Source: Candidatus Omnitrophota bacterium (GTDB lineage: Bacteria; Ratteibacteria; UBA8468; MWAK01). From it: a stretch of DNA of 32,490 bases. Both the position numbers and the translations under genes were made by a program. Position 1 is the first letter of the stretch. Each line of letters starts with the position of its first letter. The notes under the pieces are model-generated. The model saw only the letters and a program-made list of their open reading frames with translations, had not been told where the DNA came from and searched no databases. Location of the stretch: contig JBDRQI010000013.1 of assembly GCA_043826355.1 (NCBI GenBank), positions 1 to 32,490 of the forward strand. The letters are read 5' to 3'. Positions 19,151 to 27,448 of this stretch are shown piece after piece.

Positions 19151-20251
19151 ATGGAATTCAAAATATTAGCGAAGGACGGTTCAGCACGCCTTGGTGAATT
19201 ATCATTTACTCGCGGAAAAGTGACAACGCCGGTCTTTCTGCCGGTTGCCACCCGGGGAGCGGTCCGCTGCCTCTCTTCGGAAAACCTGGTTGAACTCGGA
19301 TATGAAATGGTCCTGGCCAACGCCTACCATCTTTCCATGCGGCCTGGAACCAGAATTATTTCCGCGGCCGGCGGTCTTCATCATTTCATGAACTGGCAGA
19401 AACCAATTCTAACCGACAGCGGTGGATTCCAAATTTTCAGTCTGGCGGATACTAAAATTAAGGACGAAGGCGCGGTGTTCCGTTCCATCTACGACGGCGG
19501 TTGGCACCAAATCACGCCGGAAGAGGCGATTCTGATTCAGGAAGATTTGGGGGTTGATATTATCATGCCCCTGGACCAACCGGTCCCTTACCCGGTTTCG
19601 GAATCGATCGCAGCGGAAGCGCTGACCAGAACCACCGCCTGGGCAAAAAGATGCAAAATCAGCCGCCGGAAAGAAGAACAGGCGCTTTTCGGCATTGTCC
19701 AGGGGTCAACCTACCAGTCCCTGAGAAAACAATCGGCTGAAGAGATCGTCGGACTGAACTTCCCCGGATACAGCCTGGGCGGATTTTGTCTCGGCGAACC
19801 AAAAGAGGAGATGAACGAACTGGTCGCTTATACGGCCAAATTCCTGCCGGTAGAAAAACCCCGCTATCTTATGGGCATCGGCACACCCCTGGAGATTATT
19901 GCGGCGGTGGGAACCGGCATTGATATTTTTGACTGCACTTTCCCAACGCACATCGCCCGCAACGGTTCCGGCCTGACCAGCCGCGGCAAGATAATCATCC
20001 GCAACAACACTTATCGGGAAGACTCCGGTCCCCTTGACCCGGACTGTGCCTGTTTTGTCTGCCGCAAATACCAGCGCGGTTATCTGCGCCACCTTTTGAA
20101 CACCAAAGAACTTACCGTCCTTTACCTGATTACCTACCACAACCTTTATTTTATGCAAAATTTGATGCGTCAAATCCAATCCGCCTTAAGTAAAGGAATG
20201 TTTTTAGAGTTTCAAAAAGAATTTGGCAAAAAGTGGTTTTCCGGGCTATAA
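19151..20251 (+). CDS. tgt: tRNA-guanine(34) transglycosylase
   Basis: ARLG, TPVFLPV, YHL, TDSGGFQ, FGIVQG, PRYLMGIG, DIFDC, Zn site CACFVC...HNL. Start moved to ATG 19151 (MEFKIL). Confidence 0.95.
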   Translation: MEFKILAKDGSARLGELSFTRGKVTTPVFLPVATRGAVRCLSSENLVELGYEMVLANAYHLSMRPGTRIISAAGGLHHFMNWQKPILTDSGGFQIFSLADTKIKDEGAVFRSIYDGGWHQITPEEAILIQEDLGVDIIMPLDQPVPYPVSESIAAEALTRTTAWAKRCKISRRKEEQALFGIVQGSTYQSLRKQSAEEIVGLNFPGYSLGGFCLGEPKEEMNELVAYTAKFLPVEKPRYLMGIGTPLEIIAAVGTGIDIFDCTFPTHIARNGSGLTSRGKIIIRNNTYREDSGPLDPDCACFVCRKYQRGYLRHLLNTKELTVLYLITYHNLYFMQNLMRQIQSALSKGMFLEFQKEFGKKWFSGL

Positions 20252-20252
20252 T
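20223..20252 (+). promoter_or_regulatory. Sigma70-type promoter overlapping the tgt 3' end
   Basis: TTGGCA-N18-TATAAT. Predicted start ~20258 coincides with the base of the downstream rod structure. Confidence 0.6.
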
Positions 20253-20254
20253 AT

Positions 20255-20434
20255 AGCGCTCGGTTATCTCTTTTGCTACACACGCTGCGTGTCAGACAAA
20301 ACTACGCAACTTGCGGCTTGAGACTCTCCGTGTTTCCGCCAAAACAACCGGCGGACCCCGGATACTCAATCCTTCGTTATGCTTGTTTTGTAACTGTCAC
20401 TCCGCGAAGTGTTGCAAAAGAAATAAACCTCGCT
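20255..20434 (+). ncRNA. Putative 6S-like / rod-shaped structured RNA
   Basis: ~180 nt. Closing stem 20255-20302/20385-20434 (GGTTATCTCTTTTGCTACAC with GTGTTGCAAAAGAAATAAACC; ACAAAAC/GTTTTGT). Symmetric 15/15-nt central bubble. Apical arm TTGAG/CTCAA, TCCG/CGGA, TCCGCC/GGCGGA. Promoter directly upstream. The structure is seen in the sequence; the 6S identity is inferred. Confidence 0.45.
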
Positions 20435-20514
20435 TGAAGAAGTACAAAAACAAATTATAAAAAAACCAGAACATCCTCGCTTAAAAAAATAACGGACTGT
20501 TAAACAAAATAAAT

Positions 20515-20540
20515 GTAGGGGAGGGGTTATATCCCCTCCC
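20515..20540 (+). repeat. GTAG-type REP-like hairpin
   Basis: GTAG-GGGAGGGG-TTATAT-CCCCTCCC; perfect 8-bp stem. Confidence 0.7.
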
Positions 20541-20549
20541 ATTAAAAAC

Positions 20550-21770
20550 ATGACCGAAATAGACAGACAACTGGCGATTATCCGACAGGGGGTTACGGAG
20601 ATCATTCCGGAAGCGGAATTGCGGAAAAAACTGGAACACAGTCTTTCCCGAAATCAGCCGCTGCGAATCAAGTACGGCATCGACCCGACTGCGCCGGAAT
20701 TGCACCTGGGCCACTCGGTCCCCATCCGTAAATTGCGCGATTTACAAAAACTCGACCACCGGGTAATATTCCTGGTGGGCGATTTTACCGCCCTCATCGG
20801 TGACCCGACCGGAAGAATTGAAACCCGTCCCGTTTTATCGCCTGAGGAAATAAAAAAAAACCTGCAAACCTACCGGGCACAGGTCGGTAAACTGCTCGAT
20901 CTGGAAAAAACCGAATTTGTCCTCAACTCCTCCTGGCTGGAAAAACTGAACCTCAAAGACGTGATTACGCTGACTTCTTTTTTCACCGTGGCTCAAATTC
21001 TGGAACGGGAGGATTTCAGCCAGCGCTACCGGAAGGGCAACCCGATTTCCCTGCAGGAATTCCTCTATCCGCTCCTCCAGGGTTATGATTCCTTCGCGCT
21101 GAAAAGTGACGTGGAAATAGGCGCCACCGAACAAAAATTCAATCTGCTGGCCGGACGAACCATTCAAGAGGCTTTCGGAATGGAAAAACAGGTAGTTATT
21201 ACCGTCCCCATTCTGGAAGGAACCGACGGCATCCGCAAGATGAGCAAAACCTACGGCAACTACATTCCCATTACGGCACAACCCGGAGAGATGTTCGGAA
21301 AACTGATGTCCATCCCGGACGGCCTGACAGAGAGATACTTCCGGTGCCTGACCTCTGTTCCGGAAAAGGAGATAAAGGAAATTCTGTCCGGCCACCCCAA
21401 AGAAGCCAAAGAACGGCTCGCCTTTGAAGTTACCTCTTTTTATCACGGAAATGATTCCGGCCGGGCGGCGCAGAGCGAGTTCAACCGCATCTTCAGTCAG
21501 AAGGGCTTTCAACCGTCCGATAATTCTTTAGCATGTCCACCCATCACTTTCTCGGCATACCCGACAATCATTGGAATTATTGAAAATCTTGCAAACATGG
21601 GTTTTCTTTCCAAAAGTGAAGCGAAGAGATTGATAAAAGGGGGCGGCATACAAATCAACGGTATTAAAATCTCGAGCCTGGAACAGCAATTAGAAAAATC
21701 GGATGAATATCTTATTAAAATTGGACCACGTCGGTTTTTCAAGTTCGTAAAGCGCCCGCGGGTTCGATAA
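20550..21770 (+). CDS. tyrS: Tyrosine--tRNA ligase
   Basis: GIDPTAPELHLGH (HIGH), GDFTALIGDPTG, EFLYPLLQGYD, KMSKT, C-terminal S4 domain. Confidence 0.97.
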   Translation: MTEIDRQLAIIRQGVTEIIPEAELRKKLEHSLSRNQPLRIKYGIDPTAPELHLGHSVPIRKLRDLQKLDHRVIFLVGDFTALIGDPTGRIETRPVLSPEEIKKNLQTYRAQVGKLLDLEKTEFVLNSSWLEKLNLKDVITLTSFFTVAQILEREDFSQRYRKGNPISLQEFLYPLLQGYDSFALKSDVEIGATEQKFNLLAGRTIQEAFGMEKQVVITVPILEGTDGIRKMSKTYGNYIPITAQPGEMFGKLMSIPDGLTERYFRCLTSVPEKEIKEILSGHPKEAKERLAFEVTSFYHGNDSGRAAQSEFNRIFSQKGFQPSDNSLACPPITFSAYPTIIGIIENLANMGFLSKSEAKRLIKGGGIQINGIKISSLEQQLEKSDEYLIKIGPRRFFKFVKRPRVR

Positions 21771-21783
21771 ATCGAACCCCTAC
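21760..21783 (-). repeat. GTAG-type REP-like hairpin overlapping the tyrS stop
   Basis: Minus strand GTAG-GGGTTCGAT-TT-ATCGAACCC; perfect 9-bp stem. Confidence 0.7.
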
Positions 21784-21793
21784 AATAATTTTT

Positions 21794-21826
21794 TTGTGAT
21801 ATTGTGATATTGTTTAATTAAACAAT
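21794..21826. promoter_or_regulatory. Candidate operator/centromere for the RHH protein
   Basis: Tandem TTGTGATA x2 plus TTGT (21794-21813), overlapping a perfect 18-bp palindrome ATTGTTTAATTAAACAAT (21809-21826) that ends 9 nt before the parA ATG. Confidence 0.5.
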
Positions 21827-21835
21827 GGGGACAAA

Positions 21836-22594
21836 ATGATTAAAATCAGCGTGGCAAACCAGAAAGGCGGCGTCGGTAAAACAACCATCGTCTTTCACCT
21901 GGCCCATGTCTGGGCCGGTCAGGGAAAGAAGGTCCTGTGCGTGGATATGGACCCCCAGGGAAACCTCTCCAGTTCCTTCTGCCCGGAAGGGATACCGGAA
22001 AAATCACTGGTTTCCGCAGTATTTAAAAAAAAGCGTCCGGAGGTCATACAGACCAATAAAGGAATCTATCTTGCGGCCTCAGACATCAGCCTGTCCGTCC
22101 ACGAAAAAGACCTGAGTCTCAAGAACTATTTTTGCCTTAAATACTGGTTGGATTCGGTCAAAAACTTTGACGTCGTTTTAATTGATACGCCGCCATCCCT
22201 GGGGCTTTTTACGGTCAATGCCCTCACCGCAGCCAACTGGGTCATTGCGCCGGTGGACATTTCCGTATATGCCATCCGGGCTTTGACCGACCTGCAAAAT
22301 TCCCTGAAAGAACTCTCCGGGGTAACCAAAAGTCCGAAACTACTGGGCGTAGTCCTTTCCTCTTTTACCAAGTTTCACCGTTCTTCAAGGGCAATCAAGG
22401 AACATCTTGACGAAGAGTATCAAGACCTTTTATTTTCGACTATAATCCCCAACTCCACCAAGGCAAAGGAAGCGCTTATCCTGGGGGCTCCGGTCTGGAA
22501 AATCAAAGGGGACGTCTCTAAAATTGAAAAGAGTTTCCGGGCACTGAGCAGAGAGGTTCTGAGCCGGATTGAGAAACGGAAGAGGAGCAGATAA
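21836..22594 (+). CDS. parA: ParA-family ATPase (short, no N-terminal HTH)
   Basis: Deviant Walker A NQKGGVGKTT, DMDPQGN, IDTPPSLG, NALTAA. Confidence 0.9.
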   Translation: MIKISVANQKGGVGKTTIVFHLAHVWAGQGKKVLCVDMDPQGNLSSSFCPEGIPEKSLVSAVFKKKRPEVIQTNKGIYLAASDISLSVHEKDLSLKNYFCLKYWLDSVKNFDVVLIDTPPSLGLFTVNALTAANWVIAPVDISVYAIRALTDLQNSLKELSGVTKSPKLLGVVLSSFTKFHRSSRAIKEHLDEEYQDLLFSTIIPNSTKAKEALILGAPVWKIKGDVSKIEKSFRALSREVLSRIEKRKRSR

Positions 22595-22842
22595 TGGCGA
22601 ACAAGCAGTTATCCGGGCTAAAGGAAGGTTTAAAGAAAGCGCAGGGACGGACGATTATCTCGGCGGTCAGCGGCGTTAAAAAAAAGAGTAATGGCGAAGA
22701 AGAAAAGGTCCACGCCCATTTTTATCTCTCAGCCGCCATCATTGACCGCATGCGGGAATTCCAGGTGAAGAACCGAAAAGAGTTCCCGAGGATTTCCCAC
22801 GTCATCGAAGAAGCCCTGCGGCAATTTCTGAAACGGGCATAA
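22594..22842 (+). CDS. Small ribbon-helix-helix DNA-binding protein (ParG/CopG-like)
   Basis: Coupled to parA (TAATG). Lys-rich flexible N-terminus, strand VHAHFYL, helices [11 protein letters not shown] and [13 protein letters not shown]. Confidence 0.7.
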   Translation: MANKQLSGLKEGLKKAQGRTIISAVSGVKKKSNGEEEKVHAHFYLSAAIIDRMREFQVKNRKEFPRISHVIEEALRQFLKRA

Positions 22843-22888
22843 GAATATTTCCCGTTTGCGAACCCGCATAATAACTTGGGAGGTTACC

Positions 22889-23779
22889 GTGCCTGAAAAA
22901 GACGAGAAAGAAGAAAAGAATTTTTACCTGGATGTTCCGGTTGAAAGCAAGATGTTCTTTCTGAAAGGCTCCAATGCGTTGGACTGGGGGTTGAAAAATC
23001 GCCTCTCCCGGATTTTCAATCCCGAAACCGGCAAGACCGTGATGCTGGCCGTTGACCACGGTTACTTTCAGGGTCCGACCACCGGCTTGGAACGCATTGA
23101 TGTTACCATCCTTCCTTTACTGCCGTACGCCGATACCCTGATGCTGACCCGCGGCATTTTGCGGTCAATCATCCCGCCGACTTTTACCAAAGGGGTTGTC
23201 TTGAGGGCCAGCGGCGGTCCCAGTATCTTAAAGGAACTTTCCAACGAACAGATTGCCGTAGATATTGAAGACGCCATCCGGCTTAATGTTGCGGCGCTGG
23301 CGGTCCAGGTCTTCATCGGCGGTGAATACGAGAGCCAATCGGTCCATAATATGACCCGGCTGGTTGACGCCGGAAACCGTTACGGAATAGCCACTCTCGC
23401 TGTTACGGCTGTAGGCAAGGATATGGTTCGCGATGCGCGTTACATGCGTCTGGCCTGCCGCATCTGCGCCGAACTGGGCGCGACTTACGTTAAAACATAC
23501 TATGTGCCGGAGGATTTTGACACTGTAACCGCATCCTGCCCGGTTCCCATCGTTATTGCCGGAGGGAAAAAACTGCCGGAACTGGACGCACTGAAGATGG
23601 CTTACAACGCCATTCAACAGGGTGCGGCCGGGGTTGACATGGGCCGAAACATCTTTCAGGCAGAGGCGCCGATTCCCATGCTCCAGACGATAAGAAAGAT
23701 TGTTCACGAAGGCGCAAAACCGGCAGAGGCCTACGAATTTTATCTGACTTTAAAAAATCAGACAAAGGCAGCAAAATAA
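22889..23779 (+). CDS. lsrF: LsrF-family thiolase / class I aldolase
   Basis: [83 protein letters not shown] 22889 follows GGAGG. Confidence 0.9.
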   Translation: MPEKDEKEEKNFYLDVPVESKMFFLKGSNALDWGLKNRLSRIFNPETGKTVMLAVDHGYFQGPTTGLERIDVTILPLLPYADTLMLTRGILRSIIPPTFTKGVVLRASGGPSILKELSNEQIAVDIEDAIRLNVAALAVQVFIGGEYESQSVHNMTRLVDAGNRYGIATLAVTAVGKDMVRDARYMRLACRICAELGATYVKTYYVPEDFDTVTASCPVPIVIAGGKKLPELDALKMAYNAIQQGAAGVDMGRNIFQAEAPIPMLQTIRKIVHEGAKPAEAYEFYLTLKNQTKAAK

Positions 23780-24495
23780 TGGCAAAAAACCCGTTATTTA
23801 AAACCCTGAAAGAATCAACGCCCACTATTAGCGTCGGTATTTTGACCGCGGACCTGATGGCTTTAGGTTCTCAAGTAAGACTTCTGGAGCAAACTAAAGT
23901 AAGGATGTTCCATTTTGACGTCATGGATGGTGTTTTCTGCCCGATGATGACTTTCGGACCTCCCTTAATTAAAGCGGTGAAGACACCGCTCTTCAAGGAC
24001 GTGCACCTGATGATAACCGAACCGCTGGAAAAGGTTAAGGATTACGTTGCCGCCGGTGCAGACATTATCTCGGTTCACGCGGAATCTTCCATCCACATCC
24101 ACCGGGTGCTGCAGGCGCTGGGGAAGATGTCCAACCAGAACGATCCGGAAAGAGGTTTAATCCGGGGTGTCGCATTAAACCCCGGGACGCCGGTTGAGGT
24201 TCTGGAACCGCTGCTGAATGAGGTTGATGTGGTTACATTACTGGCCATCAATCCGGGATGGAGCGGACAGCAGTTTATCCCGTCTACACGGCAGCGGGTT
24301 CAAAGAATCAAGCGCCTGATTTCGGAATCAGGAAGAGAAATTCTGATCTGTGTTGACGGCGGCATCACGCGGGAAAATATTGCCGAAATTTCCAAAATGG
24401 GCGCCGATATTGTGGTTACCGGCAGTGCGGTCTTTGACGGCAAGACGACGGTTGAGAATGCAGCGTTTATGATTGGAGCGTTACATGGAAAATAA
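23779..24495 (+). CDS. Ribulose-phosphate 3-epimerase family, LsrE-like
   Basis: HFDVMDG, DVHLM, NPGTP, VDGG, VTGSA. The SVGIL start and HIHRVLQALG..IRG insert resemble LsrE more than housekeeping Rpe. Confidence 0.85.
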   Translation: MAKNPLFKTLKESTPTISVGILTADLMALGSQVRLLEQTKVRMFHFDVMDGVFCPMMTFGPPLIKAVKTPLFKDVHLMITEPLEKVKDYVAAGADIISVHAESSIHIHRVLQALGKMSNQNDPERGLIRGVALNPGTPVEVLEPLLNEVDVVTLLAINPGWSGQQFIPSTRQRVQRIKRLISESGREILICVDGGITRENIAEISKMGADIVVTGSAVFDGKTTVENAAFMIGALHGK

Positions 24496-25318
24496 GGAAC
24501 CGATCTGCCATTATGACATGAAGGAGGAGGTTGCCCTGGTAACCGGAGCTGCCGGTGCAATCGGGTCCGGGATATGCCGGGGACTGCTGAAAGCCAACTG
24601 CCGCGTAGCAGCGACCGACCTGTCCGGGCCCAACCTAAACAGCCTGGTTGCGGAATTAAAGAAAAAATACGGCGATCGGATAATCGGAGTGGTTCTTGAT
24701 GTCACCAACCCGGAATCGGTTGTCTCTGGAATTACAGAAACGGTTCGGGTTTTGGGAAGTTTGAATATCGTCGTGATTAACGCCGGAGCGGCGTTCGTAT
24801 CAACCCTTAAGGAAATGGATTTATCTGTATTTCAACGGTTAGAACGGATTAATGTTGAAGGGACACTGCTCCTTTTTCGGGAACTGGCGAAACATTTTGA
24901 ACGCCAGAACACCGGTGGGGACATTATTCTGATTTCAACTAAAAATGTTTTTGCACCGGGCGCCGGTTTCGGCGCCTACAGCGCCACGAAGGCAGCCAGC
25001 CATCAATTGGCGCGCATCGCCAGCCTGGAACTGGCTCCGCTGGGTGTGAGAGTAAACATGATAGCACCGGATGCGGTCTTTTCCGACGGCAGCCGCAAGT
25101 CCGGTTTGTGGCAGGCGGTTGGTCCGGACCGGATGAAAGCCAGGGGATTGGATGAGAAAGGCCTTGAGGAATACTACCGAAACCGGAATCTTTTGAAAAC
25201 AAAGGTAACCGCGGATCACGTGGCCAATGCAGTACTCTTTTTCGCTTCCCGCCAGACGCCGACAACCGGCGCCACCATCCCGGTTGACGGCGGACTTCCC
25301 GACGCTACACCGCGGTAA
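24485..25318 (+). CDS. SDR oxidoreductase resembling the C-terminal domain of bifunctional rhamnulose-phosphate aldolase/SDR proteins
   Basis: TGAAGAIG, NAG, STKNVFAPG, YSATK, RVNMIAPDAV, LEEYYRNRNLLK, TTGATIPVDGG. ATG 24485 follows GGAG. Confidence 0.85.
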   Translation: MENKEPICHYDMKEEVALVTGAAGAIGSGICRGLLKANCRVAATDLSGPNLNSLVAELKKKYGDRIIGVVLDVTNPESVVSGITETVRVLGSLNIVVINAGAAFVSTLKEMDLSVFQRLERINVEGTLLLFRELAKHFERQNTGGDIILISTKNVFAPGAGFGAYSATKAASHQLARIASLELAPLGVRVNMIAPDAVFSDGSRKSGLWQAVGPDRMKARGLDEKGLEEYYRNRNLLKTKVTADHVANAVLFFASRQTPTTGATIPVDGGLPDATPR

Positions 25319-25437
25319 ACCACAATCCCCGCACAACGCAATAATTAATCAATTGAATAATTATTTAATTATATAATATCTCAATTGATATCGGTTGAAT
25401 AATGGTTTCCCGAGGACTATGAAGAGATCCGCTGTTC

Positions 25438-25467
25438 TTTACAGCAATTGGGATCATAGGGTATAAT
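25438..25467 (+). promoter_or_regulatory. Sigma70-type promoter for aldolase-dehydrogenase pair
   Basis: TTTACA-N18-TATAAT; GGAGG precedes ATG 25491. Confidence 0.55.
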
Positions 25468-25490
25468 TTCAGGAAAGTTGCGGAGGAAAA

Positions 25491-26165
25491 ATGCCAAAAA
25501 TTACCGAGGAACTAAGTTATTACGGAAAATTACTGGTGGAGAAGGGGTTGACCACCGGTCCCGGCGGAAACCTTAGCGCCCGGGAGGGCGATCTGATTTA
25601 TCTTTCACCCAGCGGATTCAGTCTGGCCGAAATCAAACCGGGGGACTGGGTTGTGGTCAATCTTAAAAACGGCAAGCGAATCGGCAAAGATAACGAACTG
25701 CGGCCAACCTGTGAAATCTCGATGCACCTGGGCTGCTACCTGGCGCGTAAAGACATCAAAACGGTCATCCACACTCATCCGGTATTAGCAACCGCTTTGG
25801 CTACCGCCGGCGTACAATTCAAAGGACTCTTCCCGGATTTCGTGGCCCTGGTCGGTCCGGAAGCGCCGGTAGTGGAATACGTAATACCGGCCGGGGAGGA
25901 GATACGGGAGGCAGTTATCAAAAAACTTAAGAAAGGCTACGATACGGTTTTACTCAAGAACCACGGCGCGGTGGCCGTTGGCGATAACCTTAAAGAGGCC
26001 TATTACCGAAGCATCCTTCTGGAAGATGCAGCCCGGTTTATGATGGCAATCCTGTCCGCCGGAAAAAAGATTCGCTATTTAAGTCCGACGGAAGTGGAAG
26101 GTATTGAAAATATGGAAGCGGAAGACTACCGTAAACTACTATTGAAAGGGAGAAGAAAACAATGA
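25491..26165 (+). CDS. Class II aldolase/adducin family (FucA-like)
   Basis: GGNLSAR, SPSG, PTCEISMH, IHTHP, LKNHG. Confidence 0.9.
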   Translation: MPKITEELSYYGKLLVEKGLTTGPGGNLSAREGDLIYLSPSGFSLAEIKPGDWVVVNLKNGKRIGKDNELRPTCEISMHLGCYLARKDIKTVIHTHPVLATALATAGVQFKGLFPDFVALVGPEAPVVEYVIPAGEEIREAVIKKLKKGYDTVLLKNHGAVAVGDNLKEAYYRSILLEDAARFMMAILSAGKKIRYLSPTEVEGIENMEAEDYRKLLLKGRRKQ

Positions 26166-27202
26166 AAGCAGCTCTTTTTTTAGGTCCGGAGCAGATGGAA
26201 ATCAGGGAAATACCAACCCCGAAAGCCGAAAAAGGAGAGGTGGTTATCAAGGTTAAGGCCTGCGCTATTTGCGGCACAGACCTGCGCACCTACCGTTCCG
26301 GGCATAAAAAGGTAAAACCGCCCCAGGTGATCGGCCATGAAATTGCGGGTATCATCGAAGGAGTAGGGGAGGGGGTCAGCAATGTTTCCGCCGGCGAACC
26401 GGTAACCGTAGTTACTTCCGTCGGCTGCGGAGAATGCCGTTTCTGTAAAGCCGGCCGGCAAAATATCTGCGCCAAAACCGAGGCGCTGGGTTATTTTTAC
26501 CCGGGCGGATTTGCCGAATATATTAAAATTCCGGCTGAAAGCATAGCCCAGAACAGCATCATTAAGCTGCCGGCTTCAGTAAACTTCGAGGAAGGCGCAG
26601 TAGTGGAACCGCTTTCCTGCGCCCTAAACGCCCAGACATTTCTTAACATCCAAAAGGGAGACCGGGCTGTAGTTTTTGGCGCCGGCCCCATCGGCCTGAT
26701 GCACCTGGAACTGGCGCGGGCAAAAGGCGCCACCGAAACTTTTTTAATCGACATAAACTCCGAACGGCTGGCCAATTCCTCCCAGGTAGTCAGGATTGAC
26801 CACCTGATCAATTCGCTTGAAAAAGACCCGGTTGAAGAAGTCATGCGCCTGACAAATGGAGAAGGAGCCGATATCATCATTACCGCCAATCCGGCTAAAA
26901 TAACCCATGAATTAGCGCTAAAAATGGCATCCATACGAGGCCGGATAAGCCTCTTCGGCGGATTGCCCAAGGATGATTCAATCATTAATTTTGACTCAAA
27001 CATAGTCCATTACCGGGAACTTGGCGTTTTCGGGGCTTTTGCCTCAGCCCGTTCGGAATACGAGGAAGCGCTTTCCCTGATCGTTTCCGGCAAGGTTAAC
27101 GCCCGGAAATTCGTAACCCATAAACTACCCCTGGAAAAGATAACCGAAGGCCTGAACCTGGTAAGGGAAGGAAAAGCGCTTAAAGTAGTAATCCTGCCTT
27201 AA
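26162..27202 (+). CDS. Zn-dependent sugar-alcohol dehydrogenase (MDR; sorbitol/iditol DH-like)
   Basis: ICGTD, GHE, structural Zn CGECRFC...C, GGFAEY, EPLSC, GAGPIG. Confidence 0.92.
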   Translation: MKAALFLGPEQMEIREIPTPKAEKGEVVIKVKACAICGTDLRTYRSGHKKVKPPQVIGHEIAGIIEGVGEGVSNVSAGEPVTVVTSVGCGECRFCKAGRQNICAKTEALGYFYPGGFAEYIKIPAESIAQNSIIKLPASVNFEEGAVVEPLSCALNAQTFLNIQKGDRAVVFGAGPIGLMHLELARAKGATETFLIDINSERLANSSQVVRIDHLINSLEKDPVEEVMRLTNGEGADIIITANPAKITHELALKMASIRGRISLFGGLPKDDSIINFDSNIVHYRELGVFGAFASARSEYEEALSLIVSGKVNARKFVTHKLPLEKITEGLNLVREGKALKVVILP

Positions 27203-27333
27203 TCTTGATAATCGTGCCATAAATAGAGCTTTTGTTGCTCCAACCCTCAATACCTCACTTATCGTTATGAACAGTAAATAAACAAACCAACAAAGTCATT
27301 GTATATCATTGGCTTATTTGTTTGTTGAATTCA

Positions 27334-27361
27334 TTGTCGGATAATGTATCTTATGTTAACT
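27334..27361 (+). other. dif: XerCD recombination site (dif)
   Basis: TTGTCGGATAA-TGTATC-TTATGTTAACT versus E. coli GGTGCGCATAA-TGTATA-TTATGTTAAAT. Correct 11-6-11 geometry; XerD arm 10/11; spacer 5/6; intergenic. Confidence 0.85.
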
Positions 27362-27423
27362 TCGCTGTCTGGAAACTCCCCGGAAACTGGCGTTTATCCC
27401 GCCCTAATGTTCACATCGGTTCC

Positions 27424-27448
27424 AGTTAACACAACTTATTATCTAATG
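27424..27448 (-). other. Degenerate inverted dif-like site
   Basis: Minus strand CATTAGATAA-TAAG-TTGTGTTAACT. XerD arm is 10/11 to the first site but the spacer is only 4 bp. Confidence 0.4.

Noticed and set aside
20252..20549. T-box riboswitch ahead of tyrS
   Set aside because: No GGTGG-N-ACCGCG antiterminator motif and no terminator with a U-tract were found.
21836..22842. Chromosomal Soj/Spo0J or McdAB microcompartment positioning pair
   Set aside because: The partner is an 82-aa RHH-like protein rather than ParB, and no shell-protein genes are in the window. A cargo role cannot be fully excluded.
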